64,000 bases of DNA from Chitinophaga pinensis (lineage in GTDB: Bacteria > Bacteroidota > Bacteroidia > Bacteroidales > GCA-2748055), in contig CAMAZH010000001.1 in assembly GCA_945863035.1 (NCBI GenBank), forward strand, positions 64,420 to 128,419, read 5' to 3'. Under the pieces are notes generated by a model. It had not been told where the DNA came from. It saw nothing but the letters and a program-made list of their open reading frames with translations, and did no database searches. The stretch's first letter is position 1, and every line of letters starts with the position of its first letter. This document shows positions 62,609-64,000 of this stretch, one piece after another. The position numbers were made by a program, and so were the translations under genes.

Positions 62609-64000
62609 ATGAGTACAAAAATACTGCTAAAGTACAGAAGGTCTGGGTTAAGGTTAATACCATTGTTTTCTTTTGGGTTATTATTCTTTGCACAAGTAAG
62701 TTCTTTAAATGCCCAGACCGAAACAAGCCGGCCTGCATGGATAAAAACGGACGTGCAGCACGGTTACAAGCGAACCAATTCTTCCAATCAGTCTGTGGAA
62801 TTGAAAAACGAGTTTATCCGCTTGAAAATGTTCCGGAGAATCGGTGGTTGGGGTTGGGGTGAGGTTTATACCGGAAATGGAAAATTTATGGCGGTTCTGG
62901 ATCACCTCGGAGAAGTTAAACTCCGCGATCAGGATATCCCTCTTCGTCTCGAGTCTGATGATGTGGAACTTATATCCGGACCGGAAGGCGAAACATTATT
63001 ATTTAAAGTCAAAGCAGTTGTTGTTAAAGATAAATTGAAAGGGACTTCATTCGAGGAGTGGATGAGCTATCCCTTGGATAAACCGTGTCTCACAGGGGAA
63101 GTTCGGGTCACCCTGATAAAGGGGAAACCTCTTGTTAAGCTATCATACCGCCTTGTTGCTACCGGTAATTACTTTGCAAGCTACATTCGTGGTCCCTGGC
63201 TGAAAGTGGGCGAGTCGTCCTTTGGCGTCAATAAAGATGATGCCATATTCCCGGGCGTTGAATGGACAATACAGGATGAGTGGTCTAGCGGTCAGGATTG
63301 GTTCAAGGATCCCTGGGCATTGCGTTCGGTTCCTCATCCCTATAAGGTATCGATTCCCATGATGGCCTTGAGCTATCAGGGAACGGGAATTGGACTGAGC
63401 TGGGACCCGGAACAGGTGTCGGCACGTTGGTTCAATCTCAGGTCATACAGGCCTCAGCCTGTGTTTGCCGTACCGAATTTTATCGATCGCGCCAACAACA
63501 GTCTTCTTGGCATCATGATTCCCGATGCTACGGTTGAAGGACATGAAAATGAAACGGTTTCTGCTAATCCGGTTGAATTGCGTATTGGAGAAATGGTGAA
63601 CTTCGACGCGGAAATATGGTTGTCCGAAGGAAACAGCCTTGATGTGGTAACCGACTGGGTCAAGCGAAATGAGATGCCCCAGCCTCCCGCTCCCCGCTGG
63701 AACTATAAGGAAACGCTCGACCGCTTGGCAAACGCATACAATACAAATCTCTGGCATGAGGGTGAGGGTTTTGGTATCAGGCAGCGCGAGGAGGATCAGA
63801 TTCGGCCAACGGTTCCTGCATTTCTGGAGCGCTATGTCAGCGAGAACAAGGACAGTAAGCTATCAAAAGAACTGAAGAAAAAAATCGACTGGTGTAAGGC
63901 TCAGACGGCCAATCCCCCGAAAAACAAAAACGAGGAGATGGAAAACCTGGTGAAGCGCGGCGATCATATCCTGACACTTCAGATGAAAGACGGATCTTTT
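62609..64000 (+). CDS. Secreted hypothetical protein, 3'-truncated by the window end (464 codons seen); possibly the same architecture as 30657..32864
   Basis: This ORF is not in the supplied track because it has no stop. I translated it by hand from the ATG at 62609..62611, which lies 17 nt after the upstream stop, and found no stop codon through position 64000. The N-terminus MSTKILLKYRRSGLRLIPLFSFGLLFFAQVSSLNAQ is signal-like. The track ORFs overlapping it (62844..63038 and the minus-strand ORFs at 62705..63757) are short shadow ORFs. Confidence 0.75.
   Translation, partial: MSTKILLKYRRSGLRLIPLFSFGLLFFAQVSSLNAQTETSRPAWIKTDVQHGYKRTNSSNQSVELKNEFIRLKMFRRIGGWGWGEVYTGNGKFMAVLDHLGEVKLRDQDIPLRLESDDVELISGPEGETLLFKVKAVVVKDKLKGTSFEEWMSYPLDKPCLTGEVRVTLIKGKPLVKLSYRLVATGNYFASYIRGPWLKVGESSFGVNKDDAIFPGVEWTIQDEWSSGQDWFKDPWALRSVPHPYKVSIPMMALSYQGTGIGLSWDPEQVSARWFNLRSYRPQPVFAVPNFIDRANNSLLGIMIPDATVEGHENETVSANPVELRIGEMVNFDAEIWLSEGNSLDVVTDWVKRNEMPQPPAPRWNYKETLDRLANAYNTNLWHEGEGFGIRQREEDQIRPTVPAFLERYVSENKDSKLSKELKKKIDWCKAQTANPPKNKNEEMENLVKRGDHILTLQMKDGSF

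Noticed and set aside
1-64000. A search by eye for SusD/RagB-like genes, tRNA/rRNA, CRISPR repeats, transposases, integrases, phage or defence-system genes.
   Set aside because: None found. Every long ORF is accounted for by carbohydrate-active, transporter, regulator or unknown secreted proteins. No regularly spaced short repeats or tRNA-like cloverleaf regions were noticed in the intergenic segments. Small RNAs cannot be excluded without a covariance-model search.

Overview
The whole 64 kb window reads as one very large carbohydrate-utilisation locus. It appears to come from an AT-rich, Bacteroidota-type genome. That is an inference from many T9SS C-terminal sorting domains, hybrid two-component regulators with AraC-type output, and TonB-dependent transporters with CarboxypepD_reg-like N-termini. 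I can support 22 protein-coding genes. Sixteen are co-directional on the minus strand, running from 47960 down to 2: GH3, a GH95-like enzyme, GH2, three GH43 modules in two proteins, a GH106-like enzyme, three paralogues of a GH-like family I cannot assign, several unknown proteins, a hybrid two-component regulator, a giant non-catalytic surface protein, a CotH/LTD protein, and a TonB-dependent transporter with a beta-helix partner. A divergent plus-strand sub-locus runs from 48589 to the window end: a second hybrid regulator, an AraC regulator, a second transporter/beta-helix pair, a second GH106-like enzyme, and one 3'-truncated ORF (62609..64000) that the ORF track missed because it has no stop in the window. 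Three rho-independent terminator-like hairpins and one intragenic DNA-level duplication are visible. I saw no rRNA, tRNA, CRISPR array, transposase, integrase or phage genes. Points most worth follow-up: (1) there is no SusD-like gene; both TonB-dependent transporters are instead followed by a paralogous T9SS-sorted beta-helix protein, which may be an alternative to the SusC/SusD glycan-import module. (2) Three paralogues of an unassigned GH-like two-domain family are present, one fused to CBM6/PA14/T9SS modules. (3) A 1219-aa non-catalytic protein carries three copies of a roughly 140-aa module I do not recognise. (4) Both GH106-like genes sit next to an unknown two-domain protein with colinear motifs. 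(5) A CotH kinase-like/LTD/PA14/T9SS protein is embedded in the transporter operon. All family calls rest on motif recognition by eye and need HMM or structure confirmation.
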